The notes below the pieces were generated by a model that ran no database searches, was not told where the DNA came from, and worked only from the letters and a program-made list of their open reading frames with translations. A stretch of DNA of 34,202 nt. Source: a virus (lineage: Duplodnaviria; Caudoviricetes). A program made the position numbers and the translations under genes. Below are positions 24,587 through 34,202 of the stretch, piece after piece. How positions within the stretch are numbered: position 1 is the first letter of the stretch; each line of letters opens with the position of its first letter. The stretch lies in IMG/VR virus record IMGVR_UViG_3300027835_000482, positions 1 through 34,202 of that record. The stretch is one strand, 5' to 3'.

Positions 24587-26209
24587 TTAAACCGCACTAT
24601 TTCCTTGAGTGTTTATATTCATTACACCTTCTAAGAACGTCCAAGCAAAGTTTTCTTGGTTTGAATATAATCGGGGTTGGCACTTAGCCCCATACCCAGA
24701 AGGATAAATAGTCTTTTTAATTAATGTCCTTCCTGATCCTGCACTGTAATAAGCGTTATCCCATAGCGAGGTATCATAGACACCTGCTGTATTTGCAACA
24801 AAATCAATTGGAGAATATTGCTCTGTCCCATTGTTAAAAATAGTTTGAAATAATAATCGTCCTGCTGTTGCTCCTGCAAAAGTTAAATCAACAGATGCAA
24901 TATTAAAATCGCTACCTGGATTAATCCAGGGAAAGTAATAAGAAGAAACTCTCTCAGTTAGTCCGTGAGTTGTCCCTGAATATTGTCGATGAATTGCTCC
25001 GTCATAAGTGCCTGTATATAGTTTGTTATTGTGAACCAGTATGCTTGCTGCTTTAACTATATTAGATGCTTTAGTCCAGTTGTTTAGTCTATAATCCCAG
25101 ATAGCAAGTGCATTATTTTGTCCTGCTGTTGCTGATGCTGATCCATCGTTATAAGCTACCCAAACCTGATGCTTAGCGGGCCAAGCCCTAATAATCATAT
25201 TCTTGCGTTCAGCTATAGGAATATCATCTAGAACTGTCTGAATAAACTCACTAATAGGTTTTTGATTTGCAGTTTCTTTTAAAATTGCAGATGAAAGTAA
25301 TTGAACGTAACCATTACTATCACCAAAGACAATATCGTTTAAAACATAATCTAATGCATAAGGTCCAACCAACCCAACTGATGCAGGAGTTTTAATTGGA
25401 TTGAATGGTCTAGTTCCTGGAACAGATCTAGGGTGAGTACCTTCAATTAAATAAATCCCTTTTTGTTTAAAGCCAGCAAGGACATCATTCCATCTTTTAA
25501 TCTGGACAAGATCGCCCATATTGTCAGAAGTATTACTCCACCACCAGTGCCTTAGAAAATTAAGATCTGTAGATGCCCATGTGTTATCTTTAAACAGAAC
25601 AGACTTCATTGCTAAAGCACGAGCGGCAATCCAAGCACACTGAACATGAGATTCACAAAGCCCTGGTTGTGTCGGAACTGAAAAATCGGAAGGGTTTTGG
25701 CTGAACTCACTTAAATCATAAGTTGCACTATAAGTAGCAACATAGTTAGGAGGATAACCAGCTAAGTTAGCAATAGCTCCTAAACTTGCTGATACTTTAG
25801 GGACATGAGCAGTTGATGTAATAATTAAATCATTCTTGAATTGAACAGCATTAACAATTCCACCGGCAGTTACCGTACCTAAACTTGTTACTGTACCAGC
25901 TACATAATCAGCTTTAAACCATTCAGCAGTAGTCCCATTGTCAGCATATAGAATCGGGACTTCTACAGCTTGAGCCCCACTATCATCCATGTAAATTGTT
26001 TTGTATTTAACAGGTCTGCCAGCTAATTTCCCATCAGCAGCATTAGAGGGAATTATAATTGATCTACCTGGGAATGAACTGATAGAGCCATTTTGTGAGA
26101 GTACTACTCCATCTAAACTAGGTGAAGCTTGAGGGGAGATATTTAATTCATCTGACTTTGTATCTAATCCGCCAACATTCCCTTTTAGCAGTATTTGAGC
26201 AGATCCCAT
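24587..26209 (-). CDS. tail nozzle / DNA stabilisation protein (P22 gp10 / T7 gp12-like position)
   Basis: 540 aa, beta-rich; N-terminal GGLDT...I.P.ASP.LD.V and W.Y..NNWT patterns; follows the adaptor. Confidence 0.7.
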   Translation of the reverse strand: MGSAQILLKGNVGGLDTKSDELNISPQASPSLDGVVLSQNGSISSFPGRSIIIPSNAADGKLAGRPVKYKTIYMDDSGAQAVEVPILYADNGTTAEWFKADYVAGTVTSLGTVTAGGIVNAVQFKNDLIITSTAHVPKVSASLGAIANLAGYPPNYVATYSATYDLSEFSQNPSDFSVPTQPGLCESHVQCAWIAARALAMKSVLFKDNTWASTDLNFLRHWWWSNTSDNMGDLVQIKRWNDVLAGFKQKGIYLIEGTHPRSVPGTRPFNPIKTPASVGLVGPYALDYVLNDIVFGDSNGYVQLLSSAILKETANQKPISEFIQTVLDDIPIAERKNMIIRAWPAKHQVWVAYNDGSASATAGQNNALAIWDYRLNNWTKASNIVKAASILVHNNKLYTGTYDGAIHRQYSGTTHGLTERVSSYYFPWINPGSDFNIASVDLTFAGATAGRLLFQTIFNNGTEQYSPIDFVANTAGVYDTSLWDNAYYSAGSGRTLIKKTIYPSGYGAKCQPRLYSNQENFAWTFLEGVMNINTQGNSAV

Positions 26210-26931
26210 TACTTGCTATACCTCGCAACTTTAATCATGAAAGGAGATACTCTTGCCCTATTCCCATTTTGAATAATGGAAGCTTGTAATGTAGAAAGTC
26301 CTTTAGCTCTAAAATAATCTGCTTCTGCTCTTTGAATGATGTCACTATCCATCTTTAAGCGTTTAGAGAGCCACCAGGCAATCCCATATACAAGCATGTT
26401 TCTATCTTTTAATGGGAACTCTAACGGAGCTGTAATTGTGGTTGATGTTAAATCTAGTGCTAATGTTTTTTTGTATGGGATATTAATAGTACTATTTGCG
26501 GTAGGAACTACAGTTAAAGTAAATAATTCATTTCCACTTGAATCTACATTTTTATAAAAATAAGTTGTTGTTATTTTGTTAGGAAGAAGATAATTTAAAT
26601 AATTTTCTCTTTCAGTATGTTCTATCTTAGATACTTCACCACTTGTAGTTGTTAGTGTTACTTCCTCTAGATAAATATTGTCAAAAGATAAATCAGATTG
26701 CAGACTTGTTAAGTTATAAGCATTTGTGCCAGCTGTAACGGCTAAAGGGTAAGTGCTTCTTAGAAAACCCCAACCAGGGTTTAAATCATAAATCTCACTA
26801 CGCAACATATTGATTGCTGTTAAAGCATGTTGTTGTAAGCTATCATTGTCCATTTGGACAGCTTGAACATCAGCTAATCCCAAATAGTCAAATGCTTGAT
26901 TTATAAAATAAAGCCCGGTTGGATTTGCCAT
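26209..26931 (-). CDS. head-tail adaptor protein
   Basis: 240 aa; helical ends around a beta core (W.FL...VTAGTNAYNL); gene order. Confidence 0.65.
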   Translation of the reverse strand: MANPTGLYFINQAFDYLGLADVQAVQMDNDSLQQHALTAINMLRSEIYDLNPGWGFLRSTYPLAVTAGTNAYNLTSLQSDLSFDNIYLEEVTLTTTSGEVSKIEHTERENYLNYLLPNKITTTYFYKNVDSSGNELFTLTVVPTANSTINIPYKKTLALDLTSTTITAPLEFPLKDRNMLVYGIAWWLSKRLKMDSDIIQRAEADYFRAKGLSTLQASIIQNGNRARVSPFMIKVARYSK

Positions 26932-26932
26932 T

Positions 26933-27493
26933 TTATGCTGTTACCTTAGATTTTTTCTTCTCTGCGACTTTAGCCTTATCACTAATCCTAATTTCTTTTG
27001 TTTCTAATAAAGATTTAGGGATTTCCACTCCATCAGTGAAAGAATCAGGAGTTCCATCCGGAACGTCCATGCAGGTAATGTCATCTGTAACCTGTCTATT
27101 TATAGAACAAAGAAATCCGTCTTCCTCGGTCACATCTAATTTCTTTATCCTGTCTGTTGGTTTCACAGACATTAAAAAAGCTGTAACTATATCAGGGCAA
27201 TCTTGCTCTGGTGTAGTAAGCCATTGCAATGTTTTTGGAGTAATGGGCACTTGGTAAGCTGGTGAACTTTCTCTTGCACCACCCTTTAAAGTCCTATCAT
27301 TCGCTCTTGGGTTTTCGTCAACGTATCCAAGCCTTACTCTCTTTTTATTATCACCTTCGACTTCATCAAGCAGAGTTATCCTCATTTCTATCCTTTTCTC
27401 GATAGGATAATCATATTGTTTCTCCCTGGTCATGCCTTCATAGCGAAACATCACTATATATCCTGGATATTTACAGAAATATTTTTTAGCCAT
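26933..27493 (-). CDS. hypothetical protein downstream of the capsid gene
   Basis: GGGGG SD; 186 aa. Confidence 0.65.
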   Translation of the reverse strand: MAKKYFCKYPGYIVMFRYEGMTREKQYDYPIEKRIEMRITLLDEVEGDNKKRVRLGYVDENPRANDRTLKGGARESSPAYQVPITPKTLQWLTTPEQDCPDIVTAFLMSVKPTDRIKKLDVTEEDGFLCSINRQVTDDITCMDVPDGTPDSFTDGVEIPKSLLETKEIRISDKAKVAEKKKSKVTA

Positions 27494-27521
27494 AATTTTA
27501 ATTCCCCCTATTTATTGCTAC

Positions 27522-27554
27522 AAAAAAAAGAGAGAGGCTTTTGACCTCTCTCTT
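27522..27554 (-). terminator. rho-independent terminator after the major capsid gene
   Basis: AAGAGAGAGG-TCAAAAG-CCTCTCTCTT followed by a T tract. Confidence 0.85.
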
Positions 27555-27578
27555 GATGTGACTAATATAAAAAATATA

Positions 27579-28778
27579 TTAGGTTGTGATTCCTTTGATA
27601 ACTCTGATAGTATCAGCGTACTTAAGCACTCCGCCGTACTCACCAGAAATACCCCATTTCTTACCTCTGTGAGAAACTGGTACTTCTTGTACTGCCCATG
27701 TGGAGGAAGATAAAGGACCTAATCTATACTGTGATTTATGTTGAATAGTTATCCAACCGTCTGGAAGTGCCTCAGGTGGAACAGTGACGATGTCACAGTT
27801 AATACCAGCAACTTCTACTGTGGTAACTCCTGTGATAATCTTCTTGACCATCTGGTCACGTCTAACGTTTGAACTATCTAAGAAGTTAATCTTCTTACGA
27901 GTTTGAGCGTTAGCACAGATCATATGTTCAGCATCTGAACCAGCATAAGCCTCTGATCTAACAAGAGGGACTTTCTTATTGTAGATATCTACTAAATAAT
28001 TAGAAAGAATATCTAAAGTAAGGGCTCCTGCCAAGTTAGTGATCACACCGCCTGCTCGGGTGTAAGAATCTATAATTCCGCCCATTTCCCTGTTTGCTGG
28101 GTAACCAGATTCAGCGTTGGCAGAACTTATTGCATATGCCCCTTGGAATGCTGCAACTAAAAGATCGTTCTCACATAGTCTAAGAATTCTCTCTTTTTGT
28201 TGAGAGAAGTTAGCATCACCATTGGCGATCATCTCTTCAACTGCCATTGCAGTATATGACTCATCAAATGCATGCATGAAGATTTGAGTTGCATACTTGG
28301 TGATTTTTGATGTGACTGAATCATCTGTTCCAAAATCTGCATTTTCTGCAAGTAATGGATTTAAGATGATTACGGTATCACCTGCTGTTCCTGCTGCTGT
28401 AACCCCTGTTACGTTGGCACAACTTGTCTTTGTACCTGCTGTAACTGTAATATCAGCCGCAGTAGCACTGGTTACTATAATGTCACCAGTAGTAACATTC
28501 TTGATCTTCATACTGGGTTTTATGTTGATTGGCTTACCAGCTAGGTTTTTAAACTCAACTGTAGTTGCTGTACTTAGATAGTTAGCATTTACAGTGGTTG
28601 ACTTCCAGTAATTAACAGCTTCTGGGTTATTAATTAAAGGGGCCTTGTATGTGGTACCTGCTGCTAAAAGTATATTTAGCGCAGGCTCCATCACTGGACC
28701 ACGGACTGCTATTTCATCATCTAAGATGTACTTCTTGCCAGCGTCTGAAGTGCTGGAAAGTATAATAAGTGGAAACAT
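27579..28778 (-). CDS. major capsid protein (DUF5309/SU10-like)
   Basis: TQIF...S.TA.AV, REMGGI and I.GEYG patterns; after scaffold; followed by a terminator. Confidence 0.8.
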   Translation of the reverse strand: MFPLIILSSTSDAGKKYILDDEIAVRGPVMEPALNILLAAGTTYKAPLINNPEAVNYWKSTTVNANYLSTATTVEFKNLAGKPINIKPSMKIKNVTTGDIIVTSATAADITVTAGTKTSCANVTGVTAAGTAGDTVIILNPLLAENADFGTDDSVTSKITKYATQIFMHAFDESYTAMAVEEMIANGDANFSQQKERILRLCENDLLVAAFQGAYAISSANAESGYPANREMGGIIDSYTRAGGVITNLAGALTLDILSNYLVDIYNKKVPLVRSEAYAGSDAEHMICANAQTRKKINFLDSSNVRRDQMVKKIITGVTTVEVAGINCDIVTVPPEALPDGWITIQHKSQYRLGPLSSSTWAVQEVPVSHRGKKWGISGEYGGVLKYADTIRVIKGITT

Positions 28779-28790
28779 ATATTATTTCTC

Positions 28791-29597
28791 CTATGTTTTT
28801 CTTTGTGCATCTTGCAACTGCGTGGAGAGTTTAAACACAGCGTGCCTATTCTCCTCCGTAGGTTGTGCAAGTGCTTTTGCCTTTGCGTCTTGCAGTTGGG
28901 CTGTCAAACTGCCAATCTGGTCGGCAGCACTACCGCTTGGTGCGGCTTGTCCTCCGTAGTCGGTTTGCCCATTTGAAGAATTTGAAATATTTGGCGATGC
29001 TTGATTTTGTCCTGTTACAACTTGTACGTATTTAACGGGACTGTTTGCCATCGCATAATTAAAAGCTTGCCTCGTTCTCTCTCTTGGATTGTGTATCAGT
29101 TGAGGTAAGAACTCTGGGTTATCTGCCAGTTGTGTAGCTTGACTTAAAACAAACTTATCTAAAGCTGCTTTGTCAACTCCTTGGACTTCTGGGTGCCAAC
29201 CTGTGTTTAACTCATGTGCAAATTGATTTATAGATGCTCCATAAGCATTGAGGAGTTTGTCTTGTTGAAAGACCTCTGTGACCTGTTTCTTAATACCGAG
29301 TGGATCATTCTCATCCACCGGTTCTGTTTGTGGCTGGGTTTGCACTGGCTGTGCTTGTGCCCTACGCAATGCCTCTTGTTGTCCGATTTGATAAGCGTTT
29401 TGAATCTCAAAAGCTGCCTTTTGTAGAGCTTCTTCTTTTGCTTTTAATTCCGCTTGCAAAGCTGCAACATCTGGCTGTGCCTGTGGAGCTGCTTTTACCT
29501 CTGGTTTAACCTCTGTTTTAACTTCTGCTTGTGCATTATTTGCACCTGCTGAAGCCTGTGTTTGTGTTGTAACTGGTTGTTTTGTTTCTGTTGTCAT
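28791..29597 (-). CDS. capsid scaffolding protein
   Basis: Q/A/E-rich; between portal and capsid; GGGGGA SD before MTTETKQ at 29597. Confidence 0.7.
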   Translation of the reverse strand: MTTETKQPVTTQTQASAGANNAQAEVKTEVKPEVKAAPQAQPDVAALQAELKAKEEALQKAAFEIQNAYQIGQQEALRRAQAQPVQTQPQTEPVDENDPLGIKKQVTEVFQQDKLLNAYGASINQFAHELNTGWHPEVQGVDKAALDKFVLSQATQLADNPEFLPQLIHNPRERTRQAFNYAMANSPVKYVQVVTGQNQASPNISNSSNGQTDYGGQAAPSGSAADQIGSLTAQLQDAKAKALAQPTEENRHAVFKLSTQLQDAQRKT

Positions 29598-29613
29598 ATT
29601 TATTTCCCCCAAA

Positions 29614-29679
29614 GAGAAAAAAAGAGCCACGACAAAGGGGGACATCCTTCATGGCTCTTTCCTCTCAACGGGTGAGAGA
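29614..29679 (-). terminator. double hairpin with terminator-like stem upstream of the scaffold gene
   Basis: CTCTCA-CCCGT-TGAGAG, then AAAGAGCCATGA...TCGTGGCTCTTT followed by a T tract. Confidence 0.55.
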
Positions 29680-29681
29680 CT

Positions 29682-30182
29682 TTATTTGTCTACTGAATCT
29701 GTTACTAAATCTTGAGTGTCTTCTTCAACCTTAGGATTTTGCAATTCTAAAAGTGCGTCCATTTCTCCTATAACTGAAAGTAACCAGAACTCTACCCATC
29801 GAACAATTAGGGCAATGTCCTTATCAAAGTTCATATCTTTTTTAACTTTTTGGATTAATCCATAAATGCAATGTTGTTTAAATAAATCTATTGCGTTATA
29901 TTTTTTCCCATCATGAGTAATCTTTACTTTGTTTAATGCCTCAATTGCTTTCTTTGGAAGAAGCAAAGAATTAAAATGTGCTGCTTGTTGCTTCTGTGTC
30001 TTACGATGCTGAGTTAACCTGGCTTTTTTATTATCCTGTGCTAACTTAGGTAATAAATCAGGTTGATAAACTTCTGCATAAGAGACTTTACTGGTGTAAT
30101 CAAAATCTTTAGGAGTAGGTTGAAAAAACTTTTTAGGTCTAATCCCTTCCATTTCTAAGATGTCAAATGCTCCGTTACTCAT
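29682..30182 (-). CDS. hypothetical protein
   Basis: 166 aa; ATGA overlap with the portal gene. Confidence 0.65.
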   Translation of the reverse strand: MSNGAFDILEMEGIRPKKFFQPTPKDFDYTSKVSYAEVYQPDLLPKLAQDNKKARLTQHRKTQKQQAAHFNSLLLPKKAIEALNKVKITHDGKKYNAIDLFKQHCIYGLIQKVKKDMNFDKDIALIVRWVEFWLLSVIGEMDALLELQNPKVEEDTQDLVTDSVDK

Positions 30183-32032
30183 GCTGCCATCCCTGGATTC
30201 ATTTGTGGTTGATTATTCGGAAGCATTGGAGGTTGATTAGGCATCATTGGAGGCTGTCCAGGTTGTCCTTGTTGCTGATTTTGCTGCATCTGTGCCTGTT
30301 GCGCTTGCATTTGTTGCTGTTGCATCATCTGCATACGGTCATCTTCAGTAAAAACAATGTCCTCAGGATCACCAACATCAGAAAGAGCAATTCTCTTTTC
30401 AAGAGCTTTATCTACTTTAACGAATTGTGCTTCAGGAGAGTTGTAAACATCTCTCATTAATACTGAGAATCTATTGGCTTTGTCTGCCTTATCTATTGTT
30501 GTTTTTGTTCCAGTAATCTTGATATCAGTAAACCCAATTGGCATGGAAAGTTTAGCCATAAATCTTGGATTATAAATCTTGCTGGCTATTTTCATATCAT
30601 CATAGCCAACTTTTCTCATCCACCATGCGATAGCTTGATTATTAGGCAGCATACGAGGTTGACCCGTAAAAGGATCAGTCCCTATATTCTTAAACCATTT
30701 AGAATGGATTGCTTTTAATTGCTCATATTTAATTGCTCTTAAATAGTTATTGTCCCAGTGGGTAGCACTACTTTGTGTTCTTTGATTACTTGCTTGGTAT
30801 TGGATATTAGCTTGTGTTGCAAACTTAACAGGGCTATTTTCCCCGGTTACTGGTGTTTGTGCATTTGCTTGATTCACTAAATATTGTTGAATCATTGGCA
30901 ATAACTGATAAGTAAAACTTCTATCTCTTGAATTAATAGGGATTGGTTGTAAATTGGTTTGTGGAGCTACTGGCCATCTAGCACCTGGTCTATGCTCCCA
31001 GTATTGAATTAATTGCTGTGTAATTTCATCTTGAGAATTATAAGTAATTCCACCAAATGAACTTAAATATCCGTCTGCAAGTTCACGAATAAATAAAGCA
31101 TTCATGAAATGCTGAAGGCTTAAAATAGGTTGAACAATGCCAGTACCCCAAGGTTGACCTGGTAATCTTCGATCCCATGACGTATGAATTAATTTACTCT
31201 GATATTCTTCTTCTGATTGAGGTTCATAATACCGGACCAGCATCCTAGTCTTGTAATCTATCGTTGCTATGATATTAACTGCTCTGCGTTTTGTGGATTT
31301 AAAATTAAAAACCGGTATATGTGCTTCCAATAAAACATGTCCAAGCCCTAAGATTTGTCCCTCTGCTCTCTTATATTCATTATTTATATCAATAATATTA
31401 TTATCGGCTCTTGCAAAGTTATCATGCCCTGTAGAATCTGCCCTTTCGTCTAGCTTAACAACCGATTCCCCTATGTATGAGATCGGGGAGGTTTCCAACT
31501 CATAAGCACCTTTACGAATCACAAAGATTTTATTCGTTTTGGATAAGTCTGTGTGAAGTGGATAAACTCTTACATCATGAAAACTAATTGCCTGAGCTTC
31601 TACATAAGGGCCTTTCGGGTTTAATAATGTATAAGTATCGCCAATAATCCCAGCTTGCTTTGCGTTTTTAAAAGTTTCTTCTTCAAATTGAGTATCAGCA
31701 TCATTCTGCAATAAAACATCAGTTAAAAAATCACCTGTTATTTCTGTATCTATATCCATATACCTAGGATCAGGCATAATAGTATTTAAGTGCACAGAGA
31801 CTAAAGAATCTACAGACGTAGAAGTGACAGGAATATAAACTCTTAAATCCTGCATCCAGTCATCTTCCCCTGTGATGGGGACAGAAAACTCTTGATTATA
31901 TGCATCTAAGCAGTTACCTGCTATAGTCAACTTACTTACAAAACGCCCTTTATCCCAGATTTCCCATATCTTAGGAATGAGCTCCTGTTCTTCGATATCT
32001 GTAAGTTGTATTTGCTTTCTTGATATTAACAT
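30179..32032 (-). CDS. portal protein
   Basis: 617 aa after the terminase; PWGTGIV.PI..LQ..N, RPGARW and ATQANI patterns; Q/P-rich tail. Confidence 0.8.
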   Translation of the reverse strand: MLISRKQIQLTDIEEQELIPKIWEIWDKGRFVSKLTIAGNCLDAYNQEFSVPITGEDDWMQDLRVYIPVTSTSVDSLVSVHLNTIMPDPRYMDIDTEITGDFLTDVLLQNDADTQFEEETFKNAKQAGIIGDTYTLLNPKGPYVEAQAISFHDVRVYPLHTDLSKTNKIFVIRKGAYELETSPISYIGESVVKLDERADSTGHDNFARADNNIIDINNEYKRAEGQILGLGHVLLEAHIPVFNFKSTKRRAVNIIATIDYKTRMLVRYYEPQSEEEYQSKLIHTSWDRRLPGQPWGTGIVQPILSLQHFMNALFIRELADGYLSSFGGITYNSQDEITQQLIQYWEHRPGARWPVAPQTNLQPIPINSRDRSFTYQLLPMIQQYLVNQANAQTPVTGENSPVKFATQANIQYQASNQRTQSSATHWDNNYLRAIKYEQLKAIHSKWFKNIGTDPFTGQPRMLPNNQAIAWWMRKVGYDDMKIASKIYNPRFMAKLSMPIGFTDIKITGTKTTIDKADKANRFSVLMRDVYNSPEAQFVKVDKALEKRIALSDVGDPEDIVFTEDDRMQMMQQQQMQAQQAQMQQNQQQGQPGQPPMMPNQPPMLPNNQPQMNPGMAA

Positions 32033-32044
32033 CGTGTAATCTGT

Positions 32045-32989
32045 TTATTTACCAAAACCCATTCTTTTAAATTGTCCTCTTGATAATTCTTTTAACAACA
32101 CCGGATTAATTGGTTTCTTTTCGTTTCTGTAGTAGTACCAAAAGACATACATCATCATCTTTCCGATATGTTCAGCCCAATTCTTGACTGGTTTTATCTT
32201 TTCAGTTTTCCCGATTTCATCAGGATAATGGAAATCTTCTTGTAAGGCTTTAATTAACTGCTCACATTTAGGATTAACAGTAACTAAGCTGTGTTGACCG
32301 AAACAATTATTTAAAACTTCTAAACCTTCTTTATTTTTCTGAGCATCAAACGGCTCAGAAAACATAGATGTTCCAAATGCACTTTGAATAATCTCAGAAG
32401 GTAATCCTGTTCCTTGACTGTTTTCTACCGATCCTGAATGGTCTCCAATAACAATATAGTTCCAACCAGGAGGATGATAGTAAGGACTGTCTGGACTCTT
32501 AAAATCAGTTACAAGTCTTTGGCATATTGTTGGAAATCTTAAATCATGCCAAGGCTGCCAACGTGACTCAGGAACTACGAAACCATGCTCATCTAACTTC
32601 TGCCCTATCTTAATTGGCTTTTCAGCTTCATGGATATGCATCTGACCAGCTAACATTTGAAAGATTCCAATTGCTGGATTTTTCCCACCAAAATCAAACC
32701 CTAAAATTAAAGTGCCTTTTTGGTCTTTAGGTTTAATTACCCCAGGATAATTAACTGTGTGCACCTTAGAATCAAAAGTCTCTACCACTCGTAAACCTGC
32801 TTTAGTTTCTTTGCGTAAGCACTCTTCATTAATAAAGGTTTCATAGTCTGGATAGCCAATTGCAGTGCGTAGAAAATCTTCGAAAGAGATACCAGCGTCT
32901 TCATAACTAATCCCGTATACTAGCGTTCCATCTGCTAATAATCGTCCCTTTGCTACTTTGAACTTTGGTATATCTTCCCAGCCAGGCAT
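32045..32989 (-). CDS. terminase large subunit, C-terminal nuclease part
   Basis: RNase H-like LILGFDFG..NPA, IGDHSG and CEQLIKAL..DFHY motifs. Confidence 0.75.
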   Translation of the reverse strand: MPGWEDIPKFKVAKGRLLADGTLVYGISYEDAGISFEDFLRTAIGYPDYETFINEECLRKETKAGLRVVETFDSKVHTVNYPGVIKPKDQKGTLILGFDFGGKNPAIGIFQMLAGQMHIHEAEKPIKIGQKLDEHGFVVPESRWQPWHDLRFPTICQRLVTDFKSPDSPYYHPPGWNYIVIGDHSGSVENSQGTGLPSEIIQSAFGTSMFSEPFDAQKNKEGLEVLNNCFGQHSLVTVNPKCEQLIKALQEDFHYPDEIGKTEKIKPVKNWAEHIGKMMMYVFWYYYRNEKKPINPVLLKELSRGQFKRMGFGK

Positions 32990-32992
32990 AAA

Positions 32993-33757
32993 TTATGTCC
33001 CGTACTTTAAACGCATCCATTCTGCTTTTGTTGGGATCGGGAAGCTGCTAATGTGTTCTTCGTAAGTAATCCCTTTAACTGGCTTTTGTTGGATTAAATC
33101 TATAAAATAAGATGGTGGTTGAAGTGTTGAATTAGCGAATCGTTTACCAAACTGACACGCTGTTGCTGATTCCGCTAAGATTTGAACAAAAGATTCAGGA
33201 GGATCGTATTTGCTTGCTTCGTCTAATATGAGACAGTCTGGATATTCACCTGTAACATTTGTCACTGTCTGAGTAAAGGATTGGATCTTACAGTTCTTGA
33301 TTAACTTTCCTTCACGGTTATATTCTTGAATAACCCATTTTTCAATATCAACATTCTTATAATGCTCTGGGATATAAAAATCAAAACTGTAAACTGTCCC
33401 TTTTATTCTATCTATAACTCTTTTAGCTGAATCACCTTTAATAGAGTTCCAATACCCTGTAAATAAGGGATTGAAGAACATATCGTAAACATCATATTTA
33501 ACGTTTGTATTTGTCCATTCTACCTGTCTTTTCTTATAACTGACAGTTAATGAACCGGGCGGAGCTTCTTTCCTGGCAGTAACGATATCTTCTTTTGCTG
33601 AGGTTACAGGAGTTAATGAATAAACTGAATCTCCTGCTTTTTTGGTCTTGCAGTAATCGAATATAAATCTATGAGGATCACCTTTACACTGCTCTAATAT
33701 TTTGAAGAACTGTAATGCACCTTTAGTGTCAATGCTTATATTTTTATATCTACTCAT
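32993..33757 (-). CDS. terminase large subunit, N-terminal ATPase part
   Basis: Walker A-like KKRQVEWT, Walker B LILDEA, coupling motif NST. Confidence 0.75.
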   Translation of the reverse strand: MSRYKNISIDTKGALQFFKILEQCKGDPHRFIFDYCKTKKAGDSVYSLTPVTSAKEDIVTARKEAPPGSLTVSYKKRQVEWTNTNVKYDVYDMFFNPLFTGYWNSIKGDSAKRVIDRIKGTVYSFDFYIPEHYKNVDIEKWVIQEYNREGKLIKNCKIQSFTQTVTNVTGEYPDCLILDEASKYDPPESFVQILAESATACQFGKRFANSTLQPPSYFIDLIQQKPVKGITYEEHISSFPIPTKAEWMRLKYGT

Positions 33758-34202
33758 TTAATATCTTAAAAGCTACTTCGGCAAATAATGCTGCATCTTT
33801 AAGAGTATGTTGATTCTCTGTTCTCTCTACAATCTCACCAGTAATTTTGCCTTCTGTTTTTCTAGAATCAATCTTTGCTCTAATTGCTGCAATCTTTTCA
33901 AAGGTTCTGGTTTTTTTCTTCTCTATAATTCCATCTAATGTTGTTTGGTCTAGTCTTTCTTTTGCTAGGACTGACAATTCCTTTTTTGCATTTTTATCTG
34001 ATATCGTCTTCTGGATTTTTTCGGCAGTTTTTCGGCAATTCTTTTTATTCTCTTTTGCCCATTTGCCTAGCTTATGCCATGACTTTACTGTCTCAAAAGG
34101 AATCTTTAAGTCCTGAGCAATTTGTTCAAGTGTATAATTCTTAGTTCTATCTAAAAAAAGCTCAAGAGCTTTGTCCTTGATTTCCTTTGAATGCCGCTTC
34201 AT
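33750..34202 (-). CDS. terminase small subunit
   Basis: N-terminal HTH TLEQIAQDLKIPFETVKSW...W; window ends in CAT, so the ATG reads on the minus strand (track label + is wrong). Confidence 0.75.
   Translation of the reverse strand: MKRHSKEIKDKALELFLDRTKNYTLEQIAQDLKIPFETVKSWHKLGKWAKENKKNCRKTAEKIQKTISDKNAKKELSVLAKERLDQTTLDGIIEKKKTRTFEKIAAIRAKIDSRKTEGKITGEIVERTENQHTLKDAALFAEVAFKILNE

Noticed and set aside
33750-34202. ORF track lists the 150-aa protein on the + strand
   Set aside because: MKRHS is encoded by the reverse complement of the window end, so the gene is on the - strand.
1-34202. Genome-wide stop-codon reassignment to explain the terminase split
   Set aside because: Genes are long and densely packed under the standard code; TAA, TAG and TGA all end genes properly.

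Overview
This window is a large part of a tailed-phage (or prophage) genome with podovirus-like organisation and two convergent arms. The left arm (+ strand, 1-9443) holds early functions: Bet/RecT recombinase, an HNH-like nuclease, a replication initiator with an internal iteron/AT-rich origin, a helicase loader/inhibitor, an ECF-type sigma factor, a Holliday-junction resolvase, a DNA methyltransferase, a Tad2/DUF2829-like anti-defence protein and many small ORFs. The right arm (- strand, 34202-9456) holds late functions: small terminase, a large terminase split by one in-frame TAA, portal, scaffold, major capsid, adaptor, nozzle, low-complexity ejection-type proteins (one with a GH24 muramidase) interrupted by a MazEF-like moron, three fibre/spike-like genes, lysis genes and an HtrA-like protease. 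The most unusual observation is that all three fibre/spike/lectin-like genes begin with apparent Sec signal peptides and two have even numbers of cysteines, suggesting virion appendages that are exported and matured outside the cytoplasm. No integrase or repressor is visible. The last ORF in the supplied track (33750..34202) is labelled + but lies on the - strand. All product calls come from motif recognition and gene order by eye; no searches were run.
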